64,000 nucleotides of DNA from an uncultured Clostridia bacterium (GTDB lineage Bacteria > Bacillota > Clostridia > TANB77 > CAG-508), in contig CAKPJC010000010.1 in NCBI GenBank assembly GCA_934162535.1, positions 797-64,796 of the forward strand, given 5' to 3'. This document shows, one piece after another, positions 48,335 to 56,836 of this stretch. Position 1 is the first letter of the stretch; each line of letters begins with the position of its first letter. A program made the position numbers and the translations under genes. The notes beneath the pieces were generated by a model. That model did no database searches. It saw only the letters and a program-made list of their open reading frames with translations, and had not been told where the DNA came from.

Positions 48335-49534
48335 TTATTTTCCGTTTACTATTCTTTCTGTTTCTTTTGCAATCATAAGTTCTTCATTTGTTGGAACTAC
48401 ATATACTAGAACCTTTGAGTCATCTGCTGAAATTTTTGCTTCTACTGCAAATGCATCTTCATTTGCTTGTTCATTTAGTTTTACACCCATGAATTGTAGT
48501 TTTTCGCAAATAGCTTTTCTAGATCCTCTACCTCTTTCTCCAACACCTGCTGTGAATGTTATTACATCAACGCCGTTCATTGCTACAGCACATTTAGCTA
48601 TATATGCTGCAATTGCATAATGATAATGATCCATTGCTAATTTTGCTCTTTCATTTCCTTCTTCTATAGCTTTTTCTATATCTCTGTTATCTGCTGATAC
48701 TCCTGATATTCCCAATAATCCTGATTTTTTGTTTAACATTGTATCTGCTTCTTCTGGTGTCATATTTTCTTTTTTCATTATAAATGTTACAACAGATGGA
48801 TCTAAGTCTCCTGTTCTTGAACCCATTGGTATACCTGCAACAGGTGTTAACCCCATACTTGTTTCAACAGATTTTCCATTTTGGATAGCACATATACTTG
48901 CACCTTGTCCAATATGGCAGTTTATTATTTTTAGGTCTTCTATTGGTTTGTTTAATATTTCTGCTATTCTTCTTGATACGAACATATGTGATGTTCCATG
49001 GAATCCATATTTTCTTACTCCATATTTTTCATAATATTCATATGGTATTGGATATATATATCTTTCTTTTGGTAATGTTTGGTGAAATGCTGTATCAAAT
49101 ACTCCAACATTTGGCTTTCCTGGCATTTCTTTTTGGCATGCTTTTACACCTAATATTCCTGCTGGATTATGTAGTGGTGCTAAGTCAGCACATTCTTCCA
49201 CTGTTTTTAGTACTTCATCATCTATTAGTACTGATGAACTGAATTTTTCTCCACCATGTACCATTCTATGTCCTATGCTGTCTATTTCATCTAAACTTTT
49301 TATTACTCCATATTTTTCATTTAGTAGTTGTTCCATAACAAATTTTAATGCTTCTGCATGGTCTTTTGCTGGATGCTCTAATTTGATTTTTTCTCCATTT
49401 ACTTTATGTGTTAGAAATGCTTTATCACTTCCTATTCTTTCGTAATATCCTGATGCTAGTGTTTCCTCTGTTTTCATGTCGATTACTTGGTATTTTAGTG
49501 ATGAGCTACCACTGTTTAATACTAAAATTTTCAT
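48335..49534 (-). CDS. ackA: Acetate kinase, upstream paralog, adjacent to pta.
   Basis: MKILVLNSGSSSLKY, FHGTSH, TAGVGE, VVPTNEELMIA. Confidence 0.92.
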   Translation of the reverse strand: MKILVLNSGSSSLKYQVIDMKTEETLASGYYERIGSDKAFLTHKVNGEKIKLEHPAKDHAEALKFVMEQLLNEKYGVIKSLDEIDSIGHRMVHGGEKFSSSVLIDDEVLKTVEECADLAPLHNPAGILGVKACQKEMPGKPNVGVFDTAFHQTLPKERYIYPIPYEYYEKYGVRKYGFHGTSHMFVSRRIAEILNKPIEDLKIINCHIGQGASICAIQNGKSVETSMGLTPVAGIPMGSRTGDLDPSVVTFIMKKENMTPEEADTMLNKKSGLLGISGVSADNRDIEKAIEEGNERAKLAMDHYHYAIAAYIAKCAVAMNGVDVITFTAGVGERGRGSRKAICEKLQFMGVKLNEQANEDAFAVEAKISADDSKVLVYVVPTNEELMIAKETERIVNGK

Positions 49535-49581
49535 TTTGATTCCTCCTAAAATTTTTATTTATAAAACTCATTAATGAGATT

Positions 49582-50583
49582 TTAACTGTTTTGTTGTGCT
49601 TGTACTGCTGTTATTGCTACAACTCCTGCAACATCTTCTGCACTACAACCTCTTGATAAATCATTTACTGGCTTTGCAATTCCTTGGCATAATGGTCCAT
49701 ATGCTTCTGCTTTTGCAAGTCTTTGTGTTAATTTATATCCTATATTTCCCGCTCCTAAATCTGGAAATATTAGTGTATTTGCTTGTCCTTTTAATGGACT
49801 TCCTTTTGCTTTAAATTCTGCAATTTCTGGCACTATTGCAGCATCAAGCTGTAATTCCCCATCTACTAGTAATTCTGGTGCTTTTTCTTTTACTAATTTT
49901 GTTGCTTCTATTACTTTTTCTGTTGATTGTGAATGAGCACTTCCATATGTTGAATATGAAAGCATTGCAACTCTTGGTTCTTTTCCCACTAAACTCCTGA
50001 AACTCTTGCTTGATGATATTGCAATCTCTGAAAGTGCTTCTGCATCTGGTTCTTGGTTCAATCCACTGTCTGCATATATGAATGTACCATTTTCTCCATA
50101 TTCACAGTTTGGAACTACCATTATAAAAAATGCTGATACTAGTTTTGTCCCTGGTGCTGTTTTTAGTATTTGTAGTGCTGGTCTTAATGTGTCTGATGTA
50201 GAGTGTGCCGCTCCTGATACTAATCCATCTGCTTCATTTAATTTTACCATCATCATTCCATAATATATTGATTCTTTGATTAGTTCTTTTGCTTGTTCTT
50301 CTGTCATTCCTTTAGCTTTTCTTAGTTCGTACAACTCTTTGGCATATCTTTCTGTATTTTCTGATTTTTCTGGGTCTATTATTTTTGTTCCTTCTGTTTC
50401 AATTTTTAATTCTTCAGCTTTTGCTTTTATTTCTTTTTCTTTTCCAATTAGTATAATTTTAGCATATCCTTCTTTTTTTATTATTTCGGTTGCTTTTAAT
50501 ATTCTTGGGTCTGTTGCTTCTGGTAATATTATTGTTTTTAGGTTAGCTTTGGCCTTTTCTTTTATTTCTTGTATGAAAGACAT
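49582..50583 (-). CDS. pta: Phosphate acetyltransferase.
   Basis: ..IILPEATDPRILKA.., ..DGLVSGAAHSTSDTLRPALQI.., ..NTLIFPDLGAGNIGYK... Start at ATG 50583. Confidence 0.93.
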   Translation of the reverse strand: MSFIQEIKEKAKANLKTIILPEATDPRILKATEIIKKEGYAKIILIGKEKEIKAKAEELKIETEGTKIIDPEKSENTERYAKELYELRKAKGMTEEQAKELIKESIYYGMMMVKLNEADGLVSGAAHSTSDTLRPALQILKTAPGTKLVSAFFIMVVPNCEYGENGTFIYADSGLNQEPDAEALSEIAISSSKSFRSLVGKEPRVAMLSYSTYGSAHSQSTEKVIEATKLVKEKAPELLVDGELQLDAAIVPEIAEFKAKGSPLKGQANTLIFPDLGAGNIGYKLTQRLAKAEAYGPLCQGIAKPVNDLSRGCSAEDVAGVVAITAVQAQQNS

Positions 50584-50687
50584 TTTTGCTCCCTCCTTTT
50601 TATTACATGCATAATATATCACATTTGCTATAAAATTACAAGATTTTTATGAATTTTAGACCCTATGTTTTTACATAAGGTCTATTT

Positions 50688-51026
50688 TTAATAGTATCTA
50701 TTGTTTGGCATCATATTATTCATTGTTCCATAAATACCTGTAGTAGATATAGTTATAAATTTTATTGCATATATATCGCAATAAACTAAACTGTCATTTT
50801 CAAATGAGCGTAACAGTATGTAGCTAGCACCTACATCTTCAAGAATACCAATTCTATCAACAAGATTATTTGTACCAATCAAAAATTCTATTCTCATTAA
50901 TCTTCCAATTTGTGTCCTTAAAAATGCTGGAGTATATATTGAGTTAGTCAGTATCTCAGGTGAATTTGCGTCATTATTTGTGACTCTTTTTTCTCTTTCG
51001 TCATGATTAAGTTTTGTTTCTTCCAT
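50688..51026 (-). CDS. gerQ: Spore coat protein GerQ.
   Basis: ..FLRTQIGRLMRIEFLIGTNNLVDRIGILEDVGASYILLRS..VYCDIYAIKFITI. Start at ATG 51026 with AAAGGAAGG RBS. Lies downstream of cwlJ, as in the Bacillus cereus group. Confidence 0.8.
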   Translation of the reverse strand: MEETKLNHDEREKRVTNNDANSPEILTNSIYTPAFLRTQIGRLMRIEFLIGTNNLVDRIGILEDVGASYILLRSFENDSLVYCDIYAIKFITISTTGIYGTMNNMMPNNRYY

Positions 51027-51042
51027 AAATTCCTTCCTTTCA

Positions 51043-51507
51043 TTAAGTTTGAGAATATTTACTTGTTGGCCTATAAAAACAATGCTTGCCATATCTTGTA
51101 TGAAAAGTTCCTGAACCATTATATGGAAATGTAGGTACACATGTAGGCTTAAAAGGATTAAAATACCATAAGCAGTCACCTATTTCATTAAGTCTATTCC
51201 CTGCAAGTGCCCAGTCTGCTATATTATAATGTATTTCAGTTGGGTTCATATTATAGATATTTTGTGGATTATACTTGCTAAGTATTGTTTCCATTGTGCA
51301 ATCATATTGTCCTTCTTGAAATATAATATTTCTTATACTTCCTCCTTGTGATACTCTTGCGTATTCTCCATCTGTTGCATTTACTCTATTCATTGTAACT
51401 GTCGCAACTGCTTTCATTCCAGTATCACCTTCTGAATCTGCTTCACATTGTACTATTCTTGCTAATAGTTCTCTATCTGAATAAGCCAATATTCCCACCT
51501 CTTTCAT
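51043..51507 (-). CDS. cwlJ: Cell wall hydrolase CwlJ/SleB family (Hydrolase_2 domain only).
   Basis: ..LLARIVQCEADSEGDTGMKAVATVTMNR.., ..LWYFNP.., ..KHCFYRPT. Confidence 0.85.
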   Translation of the reverse strand: MKEVGILAYSDRELLARIVQCEADSEGDTGMKAVATVTMNRVNATDGEYARVSQGGSIRNIIFQEGQYDCTMETILSKYNPQNIYNMNPTEIHYNIADWALAGNRLNEIGDCLWYFNPFKPTCVPTFPYNGSGTFHTRYGKHCFYRPTSKYSQT

Positions 51508-51548
51508 ATACTATAATATGTTGCTTTGTAATATTTGTTACAAGAATA

Positions 51549-51600
51549 AATTGTAGCTTTTTATATAATAGGGAAGTATCACTTTCCTATTATATAAAAA
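51549..51600. repeat. Copy 1 of a ~50-nt dispersed palindromic element (partner at 55855-55906).
   Basis: ATTGTAGCTTTTTATATAATAGGGAAGTATCACTTTCCTATTATATAAAAA versus ATTGTAGCCTATTATATACTAGGGAAGTATCACTTTCCTAGTATATAATAAAA. Confidence 0.8.
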
Positions 51601-51632
51601 AAATAATCAGATATATTTTTTCTGATTATTTT
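51597..51632 (-). terminator. Rho-independent terminator of trmB.
   Basis: Minus-strand AATAATCAG-loop-CTGATTATT followed by TTTTTTT. It overlaps the trmB stop. Confidence 0.65.
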
Positions 51633-52288
51633 CTTCTTGCTATTAATGCTTTTATTTTAATTCCTTGTTCTAAAAACATTTTTTCATGTTCTGTTTGTAT
51701 GTTGTTTTCCCATATAGGCTCATTATGTAAGTCATATGTTTTTTTGATAATTTCAAATCCAGATTCCTCAAGATACCCTAAGCTGCCTTGAAATAAATCG
51801 TCATCATCAGTCTTGAAATAGATTTCTCCGTCTTCGCTTAAAAATTCATTGTACTTTTCTAATTGTCTTGTATGTGTTAGTCTTTTCTTTCTATGTTTTC
51901 CCTTTGGCCATGGATTGCAAAAGTTTATGTATATTCTATTTATATTATCTTCTTTTGACAATATAAGGTCTATTCTTTGTATGTCAAACCTAGTTAATAT
52001 AACATTGTCTATTTCTTTTTCATTTTCTAAATATGTTTGTTCTATGTTCCTTTTTGCAAGTCCTAACATTGCATCAACCAAATCTATTGCGATATAATTT
52101 ATTTGAGGATTTGTAATCGCTATTTGTGAAATAAATTGACCTTTTCCACATCCTAATTCTAAGTGTAATTGATTTTTATTGCTCTTGAATTGTTTTCTCC
52201 ATTTTCCTTTTATTTCTTCTGGCTTATCAATATAAAATTTACTTGTTTCTAATTCTTCTCTAGCCCACGGCTTGAATCTTATTCTCAT
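51626..52288 (-). CDS. trmB: tRNA (guanine46-N7)-methyltransferase TrmB.
   Basis: MRIRFKPWA.., SAM motif LELGCGKGQF, ..NFCNPWPK... It overlaps the upstream gene by 29 nt. Confidence 0.92.
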   Translation of the reverse strand: MRIRFKPWAREELETSKFYIDKPEEIKGKWRKQFKSNKNQLHLELGCGKGQFISQIAITNPQINYIAIDLVDAMLGLAKRNIEQTYLENEKEIDNVILTRFDIQRIDLILSKEDNINRIYINFCNPWPKGKHRKKRLTHTRQLEKYNEFLSEDGEIYFKTDDDDLFQGSLGYLEESGFEIIKKTYDLHNEPIWENNIQTEHEKMFLEQGIKIKALIARRK

Positions 52289-52856
52289 CTTCCAATTTCT
52301 CCAATTCTACACAACAATTGTTGTATATCTCTCTTATATTTTCCTTTGTTAGTGTTTCATCTAAACCTCTTTCACTTACTTCTGTAAATACTTGAAATAA
52401 GAATCTGTCTATTTTTGGGTTTAACATTGATGTTTCTCTCTCCTTCATGTAATATTTTATTTGTGAGTCTTTAGTCCATGCTTTACCATTATATACAATT
52501 CCTGCTGCTAGTTTGTCACATACCATTTCTGCCGCATATTTGTATGGCATTAGTATTGATTTTTGAGGTAATGATACATCTAACCAATATTCTGGATGGT
52601 GTTTGTTTCTACCTTTATGATGTAGCCATGCTTTTGAATATCCATTTTCTTTTTTACTTGCAATTATAGGGCTTTGGTGTCCGTTATAGTATTTTACGCT
52701 TTCAAAAAATTCTTGTGGTGAAAATTTTGACCAATCATGCATAAATCCTCTATATGGCATTCCAAGTTTACAACATAAGTTGAATACTACCCATTTGTGT
52801 GTTAATACAAGTTTTGTATGTTTGAATACATTTTTTAATATGTTTTTTATTCCCAT
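52260..52856 (-). CDS. DUF5662-like protein (His-rich, function unknown).
   Basis: ..VLTHKWVVF..HDWSKFSPQEF..AWLHHKGRNKHHPEYW... Start at ATG 52856 after GGAGGG. Confidence 0.55.
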   Translation of the reverse strand: MGIKNILKNVFKHTKLVLTHKWVVFNLCCKLGMPYRGFMHDWSKFSPQEFFESVKYYNGHQSPIIASKKENGYSKAWLHHKGRNKHHPEYWLDVSLPQKSILMPYKYAAEMVCDKLAAGIVYNGKAWTKDSQIKYYMKERETSMLNPKIDRFLFQVFTEVSERGLDETLTKENIREIYNNCCVELEKLEDENKIQAVG

Positions 52857-52872
52857 TTTTCCCTCCATTTTC

Positions 52873-52901
52873 TTGACACTCTAACATATTAATTGTATAA
52901 T
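52873..52901 (+). promoter_or_regulatory. Consensus sigma-A promoter for the pseudouridine synthase gene: TTGACA-17-TATAAT with TG extended -10.
   Basis: TTGACACTCTAACATATTAATTGTATAAT. Confidence 0.6.
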
Positions 52902-52937
52902 TTTTTTAACAAAATGTCAAGTATTATGAGGTATTTT

Positions 52938-53816
52938 ATGTTATTAAATTATGTAGTCAGTAGTGACAAATATAAAAATATAAATCAAATATTAATTCAA
53001 GAGTTCAACCTTTCTGCCAGGCTTCAGCGTAAGTTAATCCTATCTAAGCAGATTTTTTGTAATAATATTTTTGTAGATACTCGCAGTTTAGTAAAAGTCG
53101 GAGATATTATTTCTGTAAACCTTAATTTTGAGGAAGATAATGATAATATCGTTCCTACACAAATAGAACTTAATATAGTATATGAAGATGATTGTTTTTT
53201 AATATTAAATAAACCTGTAGGCATTGCAGTGCATCCTTCAATGTTGCATTATAATGATAGTCTTTCAAATGGTGTAAAGTTTTATTTTGATGAGATTAAT
53301 TTGCACAAAAAGATTCGTCCTGTTAATAGACTTGACTTCAACACATCTGGATTAATTGTCTTTGCAAAAAATGAGTATGTTCAAGAATGTTTAATTAAAC
53401 AAATGGCTAATAAAGAATTCACTAAAGAATATCTTGCAATTGTAAATGGTATTTTTGATAAAAAATCTGGTATCATTGACTTGCCTATTGCAAGAAAAGA
53501 AAATAGTATTATTGAAAGATGTGTTTCAATGTCAGGTCAAAACGCTATAACCGAATATGAAGTTTTACAAGAATATGATAATATGTCACTTGTAAAATGT
53601 ATATTGAAAACAGGTCGTACACATCAAATTAGAGTCCATATGTCTGCTATTGGTCATCCTTTAATAGGTGATTCTCTATATGGTTCAGTTTCTAACTTAA
53701 TTGATAGACAGGCATTACATAGTTATAAAATAAGTTTTATTCATCCTATCTCTAAAAATAGAATTACATTATTATCTGATATACCATTAGATATGAAAAA
53801 AGTACTTAGTATTTAA
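52938..53816 (+). CDS. rluD: RluA-family 23S rRNA pseudouridine synthase (RluD-like, with an S4-like N-terminus).
   Basis: NRLDFNTSGLIVFAK (catalytic Asp), GRTHQIRVHM. Start chosen at ATG 52938 after GAGG; the track ORF begins at a TTG inside the promoter. Confidence 0.85.
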   Translation: MLLNYVVSSDKYKNINQILIQEFNLSARLQRKLILSKQIFCNNIFVDTRSLVKVGDIISVNLNFEEDNDNIVPTQIELNIVYEDDCFLILNKPVGIAVHPSMLHYNDSLSNGVKFYFDEINLHKKIRPVNRLDFNTSGLIVFAKNEYVQECLIKQMANKEFTKEYLAIVNGIFDKKSGIIDLPIARKENSIIERCVSMSGQNAITEYEVLQEYDNMSLVKCILKTGRTHQIRVHMSAIGHPLIGDSLYGSVSNLIDRQALHSYKISFIHPISKNRITLLSDIPLDMKKVLSI

Positions 53817-55699
53817 GCTAAGTACTTTTTATAGCAAAACCTTTTTGGTGAGAGTTGAAGTTGGTCTAACGACCACCTCCACCACCTCCGGCCCCCACCA
53901 AATCCTCCACCACCAGAGAATCCACCACCAGCACCACTTCCTGATGAATATGTGGCTGAATATATTGATGAACTAAAACATGACCCTAAATCAACTTTGT
54001 CCATCATGTTTATATAACAATATGTTGTAAGCATTGATGAATCCATATTGTTTATTTCAGGATAAACAATTTTTAATTGTTTCATTACTTTTTTAGAAAT
54101 ACCGAATGCAGTTGCATATACTAGGTATTTTTCCCATATTTCTAATGCTGGAACTTCTTTGTCTTTTAATAGTGAGAAGTCTTCCATGTATTTCTTAAAT
54201 GCTTTCCATTGTTCTTTTTCATCTATTCCTTTTTGAGTAAGTTTATCTGTTTGTAATGTTATTATTAATGCTATTATTGCGTTTACTAGAAATGCTAATG
54301 CAAGTGGTATATATAGTGCAAATGTGAAGAATGTAAAAAATGCAAATATGATAGATACTGTTGAATAAAATGTATATACTTTTTGATTTTCATTGTTTAC
54401 ATTTTTCATACTTTCTTCTGATTCTTGTATTGCCTCTTTTATTTTTCCTTCTATTGATGTAATTTTAAATGAATTTTTTTCTAAGTATTTTTTCAGTCCT
54501 TTTGTTGTTAATTCTTTTTTTTCTCCTGCTACATCTATCAATAATTGTAATATAGTATCTTCTTCTTTTTTTAGTTCATTTCTATCTTTTTCAAGTATTA
54601 TTATTTTTACTTCTTCTTTTGAAAATATTTTTTCTTCTTTTACTAATTCTAATTGTATATATTTTCTTAGGCATAAATCTAGCACTATAGGTGGGAAATA
54701 TTCATATAATTGTTTGTAATTTCCATTTGATATTATATATAAAGCTTCTCCTGGTGTAGCATTTTCATATGGGACTTCTCTATAATATTTTAATTCTGTT
54801 GTAGGTTTTAATTTTTTCCCTCTGCTTAGTAATTTTATGAAGTTTCTTATTGCAATAATTGCCATGATTATTGTTGCTAACATTGCAATTTTTTGTATTG
54901 CATAGAATATTTTTTCTTCTCTTTCTCTTCTTTGATTTGCTTCATCTGCCCATCTTGTTTCTTCTTCAATTATACCACCTAGTGCTGGTTTATTTGTTTT
55001 TCTTTGTACATTTCCCATAATATTTGTGGGAAATGCTGTTCTTACTTCAACATAATTTCCGTTAGAGTATCTATCAATACTAAATTCAATTTTGTTTAAA
55101 TCTGTTGCATATATTTCTCCATTTAGTTGCTCTGTATGTCCCCATACTTTAATATCTTCTATTGTTTCTGCATTTTTAGGTAATGTAATTGTTCCTGTTA
55201 TTTTTTTGGCATCTATTTCAAAGTCTTTTCCAACAAATTGCCAGTAAAGTTCTGCACAGTCATCATTGAGTGTTATTGCATCTAAAACTTTATATGATAT
55301 TTGATATGTTCTTGTTGCTGAACTATTATCAAGTCCAACTCCCCATGCAATTTCATATTTTCCTTTTGAGTTTTTTAGTCCATAATAGCAGTCTTTTGTT
55401 ACATGATACATTTCAGTGTCTATTTGAGCTAATTCGGTATTTGTTGTTAAATTTTTTACTTTTACATCTGTTATTCCTGCATATTTGCTATTGTCTGGTT
55501 CAAATGTTTTGAATAATGTGTTTGTTTCTGATATATTGATATTCCATGTTTCTGTAACATTCATACTTCCATCTTCATTTATTTGAGCATCAAACCCTAG
55601 CTCATTTAAGTATAATGTTGCTTCAGCTTTATTTATTTTTATAAATAAAATTGATAACATTATTAATGCTATTATTAACAGCTTTCTTTTTATTTTCAT
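53813..55699 (-). CDS. DUF2207-domain membrane protein. The C-terminal Gly-rich tail appears frameshifted.
   Basis: Signal peptide, extracellular DUF2207-type N-domain (..MNVTETWNINI..), several TM segments, ..SGSGAGGGFSGGGGFGGG, then a non-Gly tail RRWWRWSLDQLQLSPKRFCYKKYLA. Confidence 0.8.
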   Translation of the reverse strand: MKIKRKLLIIALIMLSILFIKINKAEATLYLNELGFDAQINEDGSMNVTETWNINISETNTLFKTFEPDNSKYAGITDVKVKNLTTNTELAQIDTEMYHVTKDCYYGLKNSKGKYEIAWGVGLDNSSATRTYQISYKVLDAITLNDDCAELYWQFVGKDFEIDAKKITGTITLPKNAETIEDIKVWGHTEQLNGEIYATDLNKIEFSIDRYSNGNYVEVRTAFPTNIMGNVQRKTNKPALGGIIEEETRWADEANQRREREEKIFYAIQKIAMLATIIMAIIAIRNFIKLLSRGKKLKPTTELKYYREVPYENATPGEALYIISNGNYKQLYEYFPPIVLDLCLRKYIQLELVKEEKIFSKEEVKIIILEKDRNELKKEEDTILQLLIDVAGEKKELTTKGLKKYLEKNSFKITSIEGKIKEAIQESEESMKNVNNENQKVYTFYSTVSIIFAFFTFFTFALYIPLALAFLVNAIIALIITLQTDKLTQKGIDEKEQWKAFKKYMEDFSLLKDKEVPALEIWEKYLVYATAFGISKKVMKQLKIVYPEINNMDSSMLTTYCYINMMDKVDLGSCFSSSIYSATYSSGSGAGGGFSGGGGFGGGRRWWRWSLDQLQLSPKRFCYKKYLA

Positions 55700-55854
55700 A
55701 TTATCCCTCTTTTCACCACTCCTATTTTATCATAATGATTTTTACAGTTCAAGGCGGTTTTAGAACAAATAAGAAAAATTGAAAATTTTTCTTTGATTTG
55801 TCCTCGCCCGATTTGAGTTTTCGACTAAAAGGAGAAAATCTCAAAGGGCTAGCG

Positions 55855-55906
55855 ATTGTAGCCTATTATATACTAGGGAAGTATCACTTTCCTAGTATAT
55901 AATAAA
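55855..55906. repeat. Copy 2 of the dispersed palindromic element.
   Basis: See the feature at 51549-51600. The stem differs by a compensatory pair (A..T in copy 1, C..G in copy 2). Confidence 0.8.
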
Positions 55907-55936
55907 AGTACCAAGATTTGTTTCTTGGTACTTTTA
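55905..55936 (-). terminator. Rho-independent terminator of rnpB.
   Basis: Minus-strand AGTACCAAGA-AACAAA-TCTTGGTACT followed by TTTTATT. Confidence 0.7.
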
Positions 55937-55937
55937 G

Positions 55938-56280
55938 TAAACCTGTAAGCCGGGTTCTGTCATTTAAAATAGTCATTTATCTAGGATATATATCACTATA
56001 TATCTCAAGCCACTCAAGTAGAAGATGTCGAGCAGACTTAACCTTCTTTTTAGGTGTTGCTCCAGATGGGGTTTACACAGCCCAGTATGTCACCATACCA
56101 GCGGTGAGCTCTTACCTCGCCTTTTCATCCTTACTTCTTTTTCAAGAAGCGGTTATTTTCTGTTGCACTTTCCTTAAGGTTTCCCTCACTAGATGTTATC
56201 TAGCATCTTTGCTCTATGGAGCCCGGACTTTCCTCTCGTAGGTCCTTTCGGAGTCTACCAGCGACTATTTAGCTTACATA
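55938..56280 (-). ncRNA. rnpB: RNase P RNA (bacterial type A).
   Basis: Minus strand contains GAGGAAAGTCCGGGCTCC (P4/CR-I), GTGCAACAGAAA, and ACAGAACCCGGCTTACAGG near the 3' end, with P1 pairing TGTAAGC/GCTTACA. The region is locally GC-rich. The end coordinates are approximate. Confidence 0.9.
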
Positions 56281-56337
56281 TGATATTATACCATTTTTTT
56301 TTGCTCTTGTATACTAATTTTTATATTTTTTGTATAT

Positions 56338-56369
56338 AAAAAGCACAAACTAAACCATTTGTGCTTTTT
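56338..56369 (-). terminator. Terminator of veg.
   Basis: AAAAGCACAAA-loop-TTTGTGCTTTT, overlapping the veg stop codon. Confidence 0.6.
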
Positions 56370-56661
56370 CTCTATTTCTTCTTTTGCTTTCTACTATCAT
56401 TGGTGGTAATAAAGGATTATACCCTTCTCCATCAAATACATCAACTTCAACAGTTCTTGTAAGTAAGTCTGTATATGTGTATGATGCTGTTCTGTTGTTT
56501 TCTTCATATTTTACTACAAAAATGTTTGAATATGCTTTTTCTATTGTACCTTCTTTTTCAAATTCTTTGCTTCTTCCTAATGAACCTTTAACAATTATTT
56601 TTTGACCAACTTTATCTAATATATCTGTTTTCAAGTTAGTAATATCAGTCTTGCAAATCAT
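56350..56661 (-). CDS. veg: Veg protein (DUF1021, biofilm/sporulation-associated).
   Basis: ..KVGQKIIVKGSLGRSKEFEKEGTIEKAYSNIFVVKY..RTASYTYTDLLTRTVEV.. Confidence 0.85.
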   Translation of the reverse strand: MICKTDITNLKTDILDKVGQKIIVKGSLGRSKEFEKEGTIEKAYSNIFVVKYEENNRTASYTYTDLLTRTVEVDVFDGEGYNPLLPPMIVESKRRNREKAQMV

Positions 56662-56691
56662 TAAATCACCTACTTTGCTTAATCTGCCTTG

Positions 56692-56720
56692 AGTATATCA
56701 TTCATAGGTCTTTTTGTCAA
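56692..56720 (-). promoter_or_regulatory. veg promoter: TTGACA-17-TATACT with TGA extended -10.
   Basis: Minus-strand TTGACAAAAAGACCTATGAATGATATACT, about 30 nt upstream of the veg ATG. veg is known for a strong sigma-A promoter. Confidence 0.65.
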
Positions 56721-56836
56721 AGCATGATTTTTTTTGTCATTTTCTTGTTTTCCTTCTCTCCCAGTGCCTTCGTGCTTGTTTCTATTTAATATTACATTTT
56801 CTTTACATTTATATTACAAGAATGTTACATTGTGTT

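Noticed and set aside
50659-50686. Hairpin TAGACCCTATG-loop-CATAAGGTCTA between gerQ and pta.
   Set aside because: It has one mismatch, and its T-run is on the plus strand while both flanking genes are on the minus strand. It is not convincing as the gerQ terminator.
55918-56241. 107-aa plus-strand ORF in a GC-rich patch.
   Set aside because: It lies antisense to, and entirely within, the RNase P RNA gene (conserved GAGGAAAGTCCGGGCTCC and ACAGAACCCGGCTTACAGG on the minus strand). The open frame is a by-product of the RNA's composition.
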